This document shows, piece after piece, positions 38,124 through 47,668 of a stretch of 64,000 nt of DNA; position 1 is the first letter of the stretch; each line of letters starts with the position of its first letter. The position numbers were made by a program, and so were the translations under genes. The stretch is from positions 1,562 through 65,561 of the forward strand of contig JAIXXC010000332.1 of the NCBI GenBank assembly GCA_027490985.1, written 5' to 3'. Source of the DNA: Verrucomicrobiales bacterium. Lineage in GTDB: Bacteria > Verrucomicrobiota > Verrucomicrobiia > Limisphaerales > UBA9464. The notes beneath the pieces were generated by a model. It was not told the origin of the DNA and did not search any database. It saw only the letters and a program-made list of their open reading frames with translations.

Positions 38124-38405
38124 TTACTTCTTGGCAGGAGCCGCCTTCTTTGCAGGGGCGGCCTTCTTGGCGGGCGCGGCCTTCTTGGCCGGAGCAGCCT
38201 TCTTCACCGGGGCGGCCTTCTTCACCGGGGCGGCCTTCTTGGCCGGAGCCGCTTTCTTGGCGGGCGCGGCCTTCTTGGCCGGAGCCGCCTTCTTCGCAGG
38301 GGCGGCCTTCTTGGCCGGAGCGGCGGTCTTGGCGGGAGCCTTCGCGGCAGCCAGGGCGCAGGTACGGGCGAAACGGAGTTCGCTGTTGGATTCGGTTGGT
38401 TTCAC
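38124..38405 (-). CDS. Lys/Ala/Pro-repeat histone H1-like (nucleoid-associated-type) protein
   Basis: 93 aa with a GTG start. A short unique N-terminus (KPTESNSELRFARTCALAAAK) is followed by about 11 tandem AAPAKK/AAPVKK hexapeptides running to the stop. The opposite-strand ORF (AAFFAG repeats) is judged to be the shadow. Confidence 0.6.
   Translation of the reverse strand: MKPTESNSELRFARTCALAAAKAPAKTAAPAKKAAPAKKAAPAKKAAPAKKAAPAKKAAPVKKAAPVKKAAPAKKAAPAKKAAPAKKAAPAKK
38127..38324 (-). repeat. 11 x 18-bp imperfect tandem repeat (CTTCTTGGCNGGNGCNGC on the + strand) encoding the AAPAKK hexapeptides
   Basis: Counted directly in consecutive 18-nt registers from 38127. Most differences between copies fall at third codon positions of the minus-strand reading frame. 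Confidence 0.85.
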
Positions 38406-38782
38406 TCTGAGTTAGTTGTTGTTGTGTTTTTGGGCCAATCCATCGACCTCGAACCGCGGTCCCGAATCGGGACTCGGCTGAAGCCGACGGGCTGGAAAAG
38501 GGAGGTGACCACGGTGATCCGCGCAACGCGGCAGGACAAGGGAGCCCACCCCGTCGAACCGGCCGAACCGGGGATCGGAACCTTCGGTAGACCCATCGAC
38601 AATCGAGCGATGACGATGACTTCCATCCATCATCTGCATCCACCTCGAGAGGGTCTTCATCGTGGTTTCGATCGGGGAACCTTGATTGAAATAATGCCCC
38701 GGGCCTCCTCTTGACAACCGGATTTCATCTGTTCGCACGAAATCTTTCCGAAATCGCCCGCAGGTGACATCGTCCACGGCCA

Positions 38783-39955
38783 GTGCGAGAGCGTTGGCAA
38801 AAAATGACCGAAGCCGCGGAGACCTACCTCCTGGCGGTGATCCTGGAGAATCTTCCCGGGCGCAAGGCGTCGATGATCCGCGGCACGCTCTCGATGCTCT
38901 CGCAGGTCTTCGCGGTCATCGTCAAACTGCGACGACTGCTCTACACGCTGCGAATCCTGCGCGACTCCACCCTCGGGGTCCAGGTGATCGCGGTGGGCAA
39001 CCTCACGGTGGGCGGCACCGGCAAGACCCCGGTGGTGGAGAAGTTCGCCCGGGCCCTGCAGGATGCCGGACGCAAGGTGGCCATCCTGTCGCGCGGCTAC
39101 CGCTCACGCCCCAAGCCCGTCTCGGAGCGACTGCTCGACAAGATCCTGCTCCGCGAAGACACCACGCCACCGAGGATCGTCTCCGACGGGCATTCCCTCC
39201 TGCTCGATTCCGAGACGGCCGGCGACGAACCCTACATGCTCGCCTCGAACCTGCGCGACGTGGTGGTGCTGGTCGACAAAGACCGGGTCAAGGCGGGGCG
39301 GTATGCGGTGGAGCACTTCGGCTGCGACACCCTGCTGCTCGATGACGGCTTCCAGTATTGGAAACTCGCCGGACGCCGCACCGATGTGGTGCTCATCGAT
39401 TGTCAGCAACCCTTCGGCAACGAGCACCTGCTGCCTCGTGGCACCCTGCGGGAACCCCCCTCCCACCTGGCTCGGGCCAGCGTGATCTTCCTCACCAAGA
39501 GCGACGGCAAGACCGCCGCGCTGCGCGAGAGGATCGCCCAACTGAACCCGCGTGCGGGGATCATCGAGTGCGTCCATCACCCGCTGTACTTCGAGGATGT
39601 CTTCACCGGTGAACGGCGGGGACTCGAGCTGCTTCAAGGCCGCCGGGTGGCCAGCCTCAGTGGCATCGCCCAGCCCGAGAGCTTCGAATCCAAGCTCACG
39701 GAACTCGGCGCCGAGATCGTCCTGGCCCGTCGCTACGCCGACCATCACCGCTTCACGCAGCAGGAGGTGCTCGACGCGGTGAACCGCGGAAAGAAACGCC
39801 GGGCGGACATGCTCGTCACCACGCAGAAAGACGCGGTCCGCTTCCCCAAGCTCGATCGACGCGATCTGCCCGTCTACTTCATGCGGGTGGAGATCAAGAT
39901 CATCGCCGGCGCCCAGGGTTTCGACGATGCCGTGAGCCGCATTTGTTTCCGTTAG
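38783..39955 (+). CDS. lpxK: Tetraacyldisaccharide 4'-kinase
   Basis: Contains the P-loop [25 protein letters not shown], plus ILSRGYRS and DDGFQYWKL. The start is either GTG 38783 or ATG 38804. Confidence 0.9.
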   Translation: MRERWQKMTEAAETYLLAVILENLPGRKASMIRGTLSMLSQVFAVIVKLRRLLYTLRILRDSTLGVQVIAVGNLTVGGTGKTPVVEKFARALQDAGRKVAILSRGYRSRPKPVSERLLDKILLREDTTPPRIVSDGHSLLLDSETAGDEPYMLASNLRDVVVLVDKDRVKAGRYAVEHFGCDTLLLDDGFQYWKLAGRRTDVVLIDCQQPFGNEHLLPRGTLREPPSHLARASVIFLTKSDGKTAALRERIAQLNPRAGIIECVHHPLYFEDVFTGERRGLELLQGRRVASLSGIAQPESFESKLTELGAEIVLARRYADHHRFTQQEVLDAVNRGKKRRADMLVTTQKDAVRFPKLDRRDLPVYFMRVEIKIIAGAQGFDDAVSRICFR

Positions 39956-39973
39956 CCCAGCCGGCCCCGCGGG

Positions 39974-41137
39974 TCATTGGCGGAACACGCTGGAAATCTG
40001 GACCGGCACCGACGCCGGGACGAATCCGAACTCCAGCCCTCCTCGGGGAACCTCCACCGAGACCTCGGGCCGATCATTGGCCGAGACTTTCAGAGTCCTC
40101 CCCTCATGGCGGATCCGGAGCCGATTCCACCCCTCCGGACGCAAGCCGTCGAGAACCGGCAGTCGGATCAATCCGGCGGTCCCCCCTGAGCGGAACACCA
40201 CCGGCGGGACCGACTGCGCAGGCTTGCCGTCCCAGCGCCAGTCGAAGAGGAGCTCGTGGCGGCGGATCCCGGACTCCGACCAGAGCACGGCCTCCTCGCC
40301 CTCGCGGGCCGGCCGGCTCCTGAGAGTCCAGTCACTGGCCTTCCACGCCCCGTCATCGGCCGGCACCCGCCAACCGCGGAGGCTGCGGCCATCGTACAGA
40401 CTCTTCCACGGGCGGGCTTCGGGCGCCGACTCCGCGGCAGTCGCCTTCGTGGATGGCAGCTCCTGGATCCGCAAGTGGCGCCAGTCCACGATGCCGCCTT
40501 CCGATTCCAGGGCGATGTAACCGCGACGCCACTGGCAGGCCGAGCCGCCGGAAACCTCGACTCCATTGACTGAAAGCCGGATCACCCCGTTGGTGGCGAC
40601 GATGCGGTAGTGGTTCCAGTCCGGAGCCCCGAGGCTTCGGGATTCCTTGGGAAAGCTGCGGTCGCCGCGACTGGGCGAGAAGGGCTTCATGGTCGACCCG
40701 TGGATCGGGAAGATGTCGCCATGCGTGGTGAACCAGTCGGACTTGCCGTAGCCGTGGTCCAACACCTGGACCTCGATGGCCCTCAGGAAGGGCTGCCCCA
40801 GGGCGGGCATGGGGCCGGACCAGATGAACACTCCGGCATTGCCCCCGGGCTTCAGGTGCCGCCATTCGAGCTCGAGGATGAAGTTCTCGTACTGGCGCTC
40901 GGTGCGCAGGGCTCCGGTCGGAATCCCATCGCAGTGGATCATCCCGTCGCGGACGGTGAAGGTCTCGGGCGCGCAATTCACGTTGACCCACCCGCGCAGG
41001 TCACGGCCGTTGAAGAGCGGCCGGAACGCCGGATCGGCGGCCAGCACCGGCAACGCCGTCAGGGTCAACGCCATCAGGATTGGCGAACACAACAGGGAGA
41101 CCGACGCAAGGCGTACGAGACGCAATCCAGGGAACAT
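39974..41137 (-). CDS. Secreted protein with two DUF1080 (3-keto-disaccharide hydrolase-like) domains
   Basis: A signal peptide is followed by FRPLFNGRDLRGWVNV...FTVRDGMIHC. A second copy reads WKSLYDGRSLRGWRV. The IALESEGGIVDWRHLRIQEL type ending is typical of DUF1080. Confidence 0.8.
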   Translation of the reverse strand: MFPGLRLVRLASVSLLCSPILMALTLTALPVLAADPAFRPLFNGRDLRGWVNVNCAPETFTVRDGMIHCDGIPTGALRTERQYENFILELEWRHLKPGGNAGVFIWSGPMPALGQPFLRAIEVQVLDHGYGKSDWFTTHGDIFPIHGSTMKPFSPSRGDRSFPKESRSLGAPDWNHYRIVATNGVIRLSVNGVEVSGGSACQWRRGYIALESEGGIVDWRHLRIQELPSTKATAAESAPEARPWKSLYDGRSLRGWRVPADDGAWKASDWTLRSRPAREGEEAVLWSESGIRRHELLFDWRWDGKPAQSVPPVVFRSGGTAGLIRLPVLDGLRPEGWNRLRIRHEGRTLKVSANDRPEVSVEVPRGGLEFGFVPASVPVQISSVFRQ

Positions 41138-41237
41138 GGCCCGAGGCTCTCTCCGCCGAAGCGGGATGGAAAGGCCTGAAGCGGCCTGAAGGGGACTGAA
41201 GGGGCCGGAATAGGACCGGAATCAGGAGGCGCCCCCT

Positions 41238-41753
41238 TCAGCGTCCGTTCCACTGCTGATTGCGGGCCTTGAGGCGCTCCGGCGCGGGTTTGCTCTCGGG
41301 CAGCAGGGTCAGGTTGGTTCCTGCCACCCACGGCACCTCTTTGAAGTCCACGAACAACGTCCGCGGCACCATCTCAACCACGTGACCGAAGGCCCCGAGC
41401 GCCACGGTGCCGGGCAACTGCGTCGTGTCGACGAAGAACATGGGGCCGAACGGCGTGGAATTCGTGTCGGGACGGCTGTACACGTAGGTGATCGGGCCGT
41501 TGGTCACCCGCGGGGCGTTCTCGCCGGGAAAGCGGATCGACACCGGACCTCCGGTCAGCAACCGCGGATGCTCGATCCGCAGGACCGGGGTTCCATCGGG
41601 CTGCTTGTCGAAGGTCAGGTGCCACGCCCCGTTGCGCACCCGATAGGCCTCGCACCCCCCGTAGATCGTCACATACAGGAACAAGGTGGCGATGAAGATG
41701 CCGAAGAACTTCTTCAGCGTCCGCTCGGCCTCGGGTGAGAGATCGTTGTTCAC
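41238..41753 (-). CDS. Hypothetical single-pass membrane protein
   Basis: GTG 41753 lies 32 nt downstream of the gnd stop. The protein starts NNDLSPEAERTLKKFFGIFIATLFLYVTIYGG (a TM helix), then a roughly 130-aa soluble part. The longer track ORF (to 42458) overlaps gnd out of frame and is rejected. No family was recognised. Confidence 0.5.
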   Translation of the reverse strand: MNNDLSPEAERTLKKFFGIFIATLFLYVTIYGGCEAYRVRNGAWHLTFDKQPDGTPVLRIEHPRLLTGGPVSIRFPGENAPRVTNGPITYVYSRPDTNSTPFGPMFFVDTTQLPGTVALGAFGHVVEMVPRTLFVDFKEVPWVAGTNLTLLPESKPAPERLKARNQQWNGR

Positions 41754-41785
41754 GGGGTGCTCTTGGGGGATCGGGACACCGCCGC

Positions 41786-43258
41786 TCAGGCGTTGTAGGT
41801 GCTGGAGCTCACAGTGCCTCCGCGGCCGGTCCAGTTGGTGTGGAAGAACTGCCCTCGCGGCTTGTCCACCCGCTCGTAGGTGTGGGCGCCGAAGTAGTCG
41901 CGCTGGGCCTGCAGGAGGTTGGCCGGCAGCGTGGCTGAACGGTACTGGTCGTAGAACGCCAGAGCCGTGCTGAAGGCCGGCACCGGAATGCCCTTCTTGG
42001 CCGCCGAGGCCACCACGTTGCGCCAGCCCTTCTGGCACTTCTTGATCTCGGCGCGGAAGTAGTCGTCGAGCAGCAGATTGGCCAGCTTGGGATTCTTGTC
42101 GTAGGCCTCCTTGATCTTGCCCAGGAAGCGGGACCGGATGATGCAACCCCCACGCCACATCAGGGCGATGCCGCCGTAGTTGAGCTTCCAACCGTATTCC
42201 GCGGCGGCCGCGCGCATCAGCATGTAGCCCTGGGCGTAGCTGACGATCTTGGAGGCGTAGAGGGCGCTCTTGATGTCCTCGATGAAGGCCTGACGGGCCT
42301 TGGCGTTCTTCGAGGCGCTGAGCAGCGGCTTGGGTCCCTTGAGCTTGCGGGCGGCCTTCACGCGCTCTTCCTTCATGGCGCTGACACAGCGGCTGAACAC
42401 GGCCTCCGCGATGAGCGTGACCGGTTGGGCGAGATTGGCCGAATCGATCACGGTCCACTTGCCGGTGCCCTTCTGGCCGGCCGTGTCGAGGATCTTGTCG
42501 ACCAACGGGCCTCCATCGGAGTCCTTGAACGCGAGGATGTCGCGGGTGATCTCGATGAGGAAGCTGTCGAGCTCCCCCTGGTTCCAGTCGGCGAAGACCT
42601 GATGCATCTCGTCGGCCGTCAGACCCAGACCGTTCTTGAGGATGTTGTAGGCCTCGCAGATGAGCTGCATGTCGCCGTACTCGATGCCGTTGTGGACCAT
42701 CTTCACGTAGTGGCCCGAGCCGCCGTCACCCACCCAGTCGCAGCAGGGAGCCCCGCCCTCCACCTTGGCCGACACGCCCTGGAAGATGTCCTTCACCGCG
42801 GGCCAGGCCTTGGCCGAGCCGCCGGGCATGATGCTCGGTCCACGGCGAGCCCCCTCTTCACCCCCGGAGACGCCGGTCCCGATGAACAACAGGCCCTTGG
42901 ACTCGCAATACTTCACGCGGCGCTCGGTGTCGCCATAGAGGGAATTGCCACCGTCGATGAGGATGTCCCCGGGCGAGAGGTGGGGCACCAGCTGCTCGAT
43001 GAAGTCGTCGACGGCCTGACCGGCCTTCACCAGCATCATGATCCGCCGCGGCGTCTTGAGCTTGGCCACCAGTTCGGGAATCGAGTGGGCGCCCTGGATC
43101 CGGGTCCCCTTGGCCTCGCCGGCCAGGAATTCATCCACCTTGGAGGTCGTACGGTTGTAGGCCACGACGGTGAAGCCGTGGTCGTTCATGTTGAGGATCA
43201 GGTTCTGGCCCATGACCGCCAGGCCGATGAGTGCGATGTCTCCAGTGGGGTTGCTCAT
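41786..43258 (-). CDS. gnd: 6-phosphogluconate dehydrogenase, decarboxylating
   Basis: Start set at [29 protein letters not shown]. Contains [40 protein letters not shown] and IIRSRFL. Confidence 0.95.
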   Translation of the reverse strand: MSNPTGDIALIGLAVMGQNLILNMNDHGFTVVAYNRTTSKVDEFLAGEAKGTRIQGAHSIPELVAKLKTPRRIMMLVKAGQAVDDFIEQLVPHLSPGDILIDGGNSLYGDTERRVKYCESKGLLFIGTGVSGGEEGARRGPSIMPGGSAKAWPAVKDIFQGVSAKVEGGAPCCDWVGDGGSGHYVKMVHNGIEYGDMQLICEAYNILKNGLGLTADEMHQVFADWNQGELDSFLIEITRDILAFKDSDGGPLVDKILDTAGQKGTGKWTVIDSANLAQPVTLIAEAVFSRCVSAMKEERVKAARKLKGPKPLLSASKNAKARQAFIEDIKSALYASKIVSYAQGYMLMRAAAAEYGWKLNYGGIALMWRGGCIIRSRFLGKIKEAYDKNPKLANLLLDDYFRAEIKKCQKGWRNVVASAAKKGIPVPAFSTALAFYDQYRSATLPANLLQAQRDYFGAHTYERVDKPRGQFFHTNWTGRGGTVSSSTYNA

Positions 43259-43418
43259 GCGTCGAGTCTCGTTGCGGGAACACCGTATCGGTCGTCTTGA
43301 ACGGCAGGCGAGAGGGAATTTCAGGGAGGCCCTGCCGCTTGCGCCGCCGTCGAAGATTGCTACCGTCCGACGCCTGCCGGCACGCGCAACCACGCCGAGG
43401 TCGGATGGAACATCAATT

Positions 43419-44042
43419 ATGGCCCACGAACTTGCCCCCCTCCCCTACGCCAAAGAAGCCCTCGAACCCCACATCGACGCGCTGACCATGGAGATCCACC
43501 ACGGCCGCCACCACAAGGCCTACGTGGACAACCTCAACAAGGCGATCGCCGGCACCCCGGTCGAATCCCTCTCGCTCGAAGCCCTGATCGGCAATCTGGC
43601 CGGTGTGCCCGACGCCATCCGTGGCCCGGTCCGCAACAACGGGGGTGGCCACTGGAACCACACCTTCTTCTGGAACCTGATGGGTCCCGGCCAGGGCGGA
43701 TCGCCCACCGGTGATCTGGCTGCGGCCATCACTGCGGCCTTCGGCTCCTTCGCCGAGTTCCAGGCCAAGTTCGAGGCCGCCGGCATCGGCCGCTTCGGTT
43801 CCGGATGGGCCTGGCTCGTGGTCAACGGCGGCAAGCTCGAGATCGTCTCGACGGCCAACCAGGACAACCCGTTGATGGGCAAGGCGATCGCCGGCTGCGA
43901 AGGCAAGGCCATCCTCGGAGTCGATGTCTGGGAGCATGCCTACTACCTGAAGTACCAGAACCTGCGCGCCGCCTACCTCAAGGCCGTGTGGAACGTGATC
44001 GACTGGAACAAGGTGGGTGCGTTGTACAACGCCGCCCGATAA
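43419..44042 (+). CDS. sodA: Fe/Mn-family superoxide dismutase (Mn-type residues NQD)
   Basis: Start set at [36 protein letters not shown]. Contains [23 protein letters not shown] and DVWEHAYYL. Confidence 0.93.
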   Translation: MAHELAPLPYAKEALEPHIDALTMEIHHGRHHKAYVDNLNKAIAGTPVESLSLEALIGNLAGVPDAIRGPVRNNGGGHWNHTFFWNLMGPGQGGSPTGDLAAAITAAFGSFAEFQAKFEAAGIGRFGSGWAWLVVNGGKLEIVSTANQDNPLMGKAIAGCEGKAILGVDVWEHAYYLKYQNLRAAYLKAVWNVIDWNKVGALYNAAR

Positions 44043-44065
44043 GGAGTCCCTCAGCCCGATTCACC

Positions 44066-44098
44066 GGCGCCGCTCCCTCGGGACGGCGCCGTTTTTTG
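44066..44098 (+). terminator. Rho-independent terminator after sodA
   Basis: The sequence reads GGCGCCG-ctccctcggga-CGGCGCC followed by GTTTTTTGTG. It starts 24 nt after the stop. Confidence 0.7.
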
Positions 44099-44125
44099 TG
44101 GGCATCGCCCGCGGCCCAATCAGGC

Positions 44126-45250
44126 TCAATCGATCCGGATCGCGGCAGCCAAGGTGCTGAGATGGGATTCCAGGGCGAAGCGCTCTTCGAAACTACATCG
44201 CAACCGCCGGCCATCCACGCCACCCACGACCGCATGCAGCGCCTGGGCCAGGGGCGGCACCTCTCTCGGAATGCAGAGCCCCGGATAATCGGCCGGGAAA
44301 TACTCCGGTATCGAACGCCAGCGCGTCGTGACGCACGGCAGCCCATAGGCCAGCGCTTCGATCAGGTTCAACGGTTGCCCCTCGTTGGCGAAGTAGGTCG
44401 GAAACAGGAACACATCGGCCTCCCGGAACAAGCGATCCTTCTGAGACCCCGAGACGAACCCCGCGATCTCCACGCAGTCCGCAGCATCGCCCCTGGCCAC
44501 CCGTCCTCTGAATTCGGTCTCCTCGTCCGATGAGAGGAAGCTGCCCGCGACGGTGAGCCGGAACCGTCGCCCGGAATCGCCGCCGGAACGATTGGCCGCC
44601 ACAACCGCCTCGACCGCCCCGAAAACACCCTTGTCGCGGGTGCAATGCGCCATGAACAGGACGCGGATATCCCGTCGCTCGGCGAGCCCGGCACGCCGTT
44701 GAGCCAATGTTGCATGGAAATCGGGGCAGGGATCGGGAATGCCATTGCTCACCACCGCCACCGACCTCGGGCGAAGCACCTCGGCATCGGCGCGGTTGCT
44801 CTCGGCGAGAACCAGCGCGCGATCGGCCCGTCCCAGAAAGAGCCGGGTGAGCCACCGCTCCACCGTCCAGGCCTCAGACTCGAGCCAGGCCCCGAGTCCG
44901 ACGGCATGCCAGTGAAGGATCACCCGATGGAATCGCCACCGGATGAGGGCCATCACGATCCAGTCCCGATACAAGGAGGCCCGCTTGGGGGGCGAGGGAA
45001 TGTAGTAGAGCGTCGGAAAATCTTGGCCACGGGCGGCGCGCAGGGCCTCGCGACAATAACCCCAGAGTGCCCGCAGCTTGCCCCCTCGAATGGATCCGAC
45101 ATCGTCCATGCCGCTCGACAACCTCGCATCGACATGGATCACCTCGAGTCCCAGGGAGGGATCCGAGCGGAAACCGTCCACCATCCACTTCACCATCTGG
45201 CTTTGACCATGGTGGGGCGGCGGAACGTGGGCGAAAACGAGGAGCTTCAT
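44126..45250 (-). CDS. Glycosyltransferase family 4 (GT-B fold)
   Basis: Start set at MKLLVFAHVPPPHHGQ. The C-terminal half has the GT4 pattern FLFPTYFANEGQPLNLIEALAYGLPCVTT (E-x7-E). Confidence 0.8.
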   Translation of the reverse strand: MKLLVFAHVPPPHHGQSQMVKWMVDGFRSDPSLGLEVIHVDARLSSGMDDVGSIRGGKLRALWGYCREALRAARGQDFPTLYYIPSPPKRASLYRDWIVMALIRWRFHRVILHWHAVGLGAWLESEAWTVERWLTRLFLGRADRALVLAESNRADAEVLRPRSVAVVSNGIPDPCPDFHATLAQRRAGLAERRDIRVLFMAHCTRDKGVFGAVEAVVAANRSGGDSGRRFRLTVAGSFLSSDEETEFRGRVARGDAADCVEIAGFVSGSQKDRLFREADVFLFPTYFANEGQPLNLIEALAYGLPCVTTRWRSIPEYFPADYPGLCIPREVPPLAQALHAVVGGVDGRRLRCSFEERFALESHLSTLAAAIRID

Positions 45251-45344
45251 CCGGAGATCGGAACCGCACTCAGCATGGATCAGCCCGACTGAATCGAAAA
45301 GCATTGCCTGAACCCGGGTCCGAAGCGATCGTTGCTGCTCGGTT

Positions 45345-45421
45345 CGGGACGTAGCTCAGCCCGGTAGAGCACTTGGTTTGGGACCAAGACGTCGCAGGTT
45401 CAAATCCTGTCGTCCCGACCA
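45345..45421 (+). tRNA. tRNA-Pro (anticodon TGG), CCA encoded
   Basis: Hand-folded cloverleaf. The acceptor stem is CGGGACG/CGTCCCG and the D arm is GCTCAGCCCGGTAGAGC. The anticodon stem CTTGG/CCAAG carries the loop TTTGGGA. The T arm is GCAGGTTCAAATCCTGT, followed by ACCA. Confidence 0.93.
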
Positions 45422-45898
45422 CTTCTCAAGCAGTCCCTCCAGAGACTGTTTTCACTGGGTTTCTTACGTTGGGCTCCATTTCAGGACCTGCTCCGAGCCC
45501 GAGCAAACCCCTTTCGGCGCCCTTCCACTCCGGCCAAACTGGGCTCGACCCACTCGCGGGGTGTCCGGCTCAGGTTGGGCTCAGGTTGGGCTCCTGTTGC
45601 CCTCCTGTTGGCCGACGACCACGGCCACCGATGATCGCAGCCTGACTTCGGACCTGCCCGATCCCCATCCCCTCGGCACATAAAACCACCGCACCCCGGG
45701 GCTTCCCTGCCCTCCAGTCCGAGGCCCTGATTCACGGTTCGTCTGAATGCCCGCGACGGCACCCGCTCACGGCATCAACACCGGCGAAACATCGGAACCG
45801 ACGCACGCAGGAGTGTGTCCCGGCGGGCGCAACCTACACCCCGCCCGGCCTATGAGGGTCTTCAACCCGCAGGAACGTGCCCCGTACCGGGCACCCAT

Positions 45899-45930
45899 AA
45901 CAAAAACGCCGCCCCGTTACGGGCGGCGTT
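45899..45930 (-). terminator. Rho-independent terminator of the ribosomal/rpoA/rplQ transcription unit
   Basis: On the minus strand the sequence reads CGCCGCCC-gtaacg-GGGCGGCG followed by TTTTTGTTAT. A second hairpin, GTGCCC-n6-GGGCAC, lies at 45877..45894. Confidence 0.65.
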
Positions 45931-46007
45931 GATGAATCTTCAGAATCGACTCCGGAGAGAAACATTCCAAAACGAAAGACTACCAAAACCAGGGTCGGAA
46001 CCCCGAA

Positions 46008-46541
46008 TCAGGCGGTCGGAGCCGGAGCAGCCGTCTCGGCGGCCGGAGCGAAGTCCACCCACTCGAGGATGGCCAGCTGACCGGAGTCGCCCTGACGCTG
46101 TCCGAGGCGCAGAATGCGGGTGTACCCGCCGTTGCGAGCCTTGAAGGCCGGCGCAATCGTGTCGCACAGGATGTGCACCACGTCGTGCTCCGCCTTCCAA
46201 GCCTCACGCAGCTCCTTGCCCTTGGCGGTCGGAGTGCCCTTGAAATGGCTGCGCGACTGCTGGCGTAGGCGAGCGGCCACCAAGCGGCGGTTGTGGACGT
46301 TGGCGGCGGTGGCCTTGGCCTTGCTGGCGGCATCCGAAGCGGAACTCGCGGTGGCGAGAGCCTCGTTGGCCAGCTTGCCCAAGGTCAGAAGCTTCTCAGC
46401 GACCGGTCGGGCCGCTTTCGCCTTGGCCAAGGTGGTGGTGACGCGCTTGTGCTTGATGAGCGAACTCACCAAGTTGGCCAGCATGGCATTGCGGTGGTCG
46501 CCTTTGCGACCCAGTTTCTTGTTGCGCTTAAGGTGGCGCAT
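46008..46541 (-). CDS. rplQ: 50S ribosomal protein L17 (long form with Ala/Ser/Lys-rich insertion)
   Basis: Contains MRHLKRNKKLGRKGDHRNAMLANLVSSLIKHKRVTTTLAKAKA and ARNGGYTRILRLGQRQGD. Confidence 0.95.
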   Translation of the reverse strand: MRHLKRNKKLGRKGDHRNAMLANLVSSLIKHKRVTTTLAKAKAARPVAEKLLTLGKLANEALATASSASDAASKAKATAANVHNRRLVAARLRQQSRSHFKGTPTAKGKELREAWKAEHDVVHILCDTIAPAFKARNGGYTRILRLGQRQGDSGQLAILEWVDFAPAAETAAPAPTA

Positions 46542-46553
46542 AATTCAGTCAGG

Positions 46554-47564
46554 TTAAGGATTCTTGTTCTCCACCGGCGTCTCCAACAGAGCCGGATCGA
46601 TATTCATTCCGAGCGTCAGGTTCAAGCCGGTCAGCTTCTCCTTGATCTCGTTGAGGGACTTCTTGCCGAAGTTCCGGTACTTGAGCATTTCCTGCTCCGA
46701 CTTCATCGCCAATTGACCCACGGTGGTGATGTTGGCGTTGTTGAGGCAGTTGGCCGCACGGACGCTCAGCTCGATCTCATTGACGCTCATGTTGAGCAGC
46801 TTCTTGAGCTTGGCCTTCTCGTCGTCCTGGGGCTTGATCTCGACCTCGAACTCCACGGCGTTCTTGTCGTATCCGACAAAGACGTCGAGGTGATGCTGCA
46901 AGATGGCCGAAGCCTGGGTCAGCGCGTCGTCGGGCGAAATGCGACCGTCGGTCCAGATCTCGATGATCAGCTTGTCGTAGTCGGTGCGCTGTCCCACACG
47001 GGCCGCTTCGACCGCATAACGGACGCGCGTCACGGGAGAGAACAAGGAATCGATGGCGATCATGCCGATCGGCTGATCCACCTTCTTGTTCTCGTCTCCG
47101 GGGCAGAAACCACGACCGACGCGAACCTCGAGCTCCATCTCCAGCTTCTTCTTGCGATCGAGCGTGCAGATGAGTTGGTCGGGGTTGACGATCTCGATGT
47201 TCTGGTTGAGCTCGATATCGGCGGCGGTCACCGCGCCCTCGCGATTGACCGACAAGAGCAACGTCTGGGGCTCACGGGAGTGGGCCTTGAACTTGACCTG
47301 CTTGAGGTTCAAGACGATGTCGGTGACGTCTTCGACGGCACCGTCCACCGTGGTGAACTCATGCATCGCCCCATCGATCTTGACGGAAGTGATGGCCGCA
47401 CCCTCCAACGAGGAGAGCAGGACACGGCGGATCGAATTTCCGATCGTGTGTCCGTAGCCGGTTTCAAACGGCTCGGCGATGAACTTGGCATAGGTATCCG
47501 TCGCGGTTGTCTCTTCTTTGGACAACCGCTTCGGCATCTCGAAGCGACCTAGACGAACAGGCAT
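46554..47564 (-). CDS. rpoA: DNA-directed RNA polymerase subunit alpha
   Basis: 336 aa. Contains FIAEPFETGYGHTIGNSIRRVLLSSLEGAAIT and the C-terminal domain ELSVRAANCLNNANITTVGQL. Confidence 0.97.
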   Translation of the reverse strand: MPVRLGRFEMPKRLSKEETTATDTYAKFIAEPFETGYGHTIGNSIRRVLLSSLEGAAITSVKIDGAMHEFTTVDGAVEDVTDIVLNLKQVKFKAHSREPQTLLLSVNREGAVTAADIELNQNIEIVNPDQLICTLDRKKKLEMELEVRVGRGFCPGDENKKVDQPIGMIAIDSLFSPVTRVRYAVEAARVGQRTDYDKLIIEIWTDGRISPDDALTQASAILQHHLDVFVGYDKNAVEFEVEIKPQDDEKAKLKKLLNMSVNEIELSVRAANCLNNANITTVGQLAMKSEQEMLKYRNFGKKSLNEIKEKLTGLNLTLGMNIDPALLETPVENKNP

Positions 47565-47668
47565 AATTTATGGGTGCAATTTTAATCTGAACCCCATCCA
47601 AGAGGTATCCCGCCAGAGGATGGTGTCCCGTATAATTGCTGGTTTGACCGATACGGCGGTCAGGCCGG

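Noticed and set aside
38127-38324. Regular 18-bp periodic repeat that could superficially suggest a CRISPR-like or satellite array; also the plus-strand ORF 38131..38415 (AAFFAG repeats).
   Set aside because: There are no spacers, because the units are contiguous. The period is a multiple of 3, and variation sits at the wobble positions of the minus frame that encodes AAPAKK. A coding repeat is the better explanation. The plus-strand Ala/Phe/Gly reading is its complement.
38412-38777. 121-aa minus-strand ORF and the overlapping plus-strand ORF 38049..38714 in the spacer between the H1-like gene and lpxK.
   Set aside because: There is no recognisable family, and the composition is mixed and odd. 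They overlap each other and the repeat gene. The region more likely holds promoters and leaders. This cannot be excluded without expression data.
41170-41205. Short tandem motif CTGAAG(C/G)GG x3 upstream of the DUF1080 gene.
   Set aside because: It is too short and degenerate to call a functional repeat, and it lies in an ordinary promoter spacer.
41238-42458. 406-aa version of the ORF downstream of gnd.
   Set aside because: Its N-terminal roughly 235 aa overlap gnd out of frame. Only the part after GTG 41753 is non-overlapping and has a plausible TM helix.
45345-46007. Possibility of a genomic island integrated at tRNA-Pro.
   Set aside because: The window has no integrase or recombinase, no duplicated tRNA 3' end (att repeat) and no compositional break. 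The flanks are housekeeping genes.
46293-47552. 419-aa plus-strand ORF opposite rplQ/rpoA, and the 700-aa plus-strand ORF 57118..59220 opposite rpsC-rplB.
   Set aside because: They are antisense to universally conserved ribosomal and RNAP genes and have a shadow composition.
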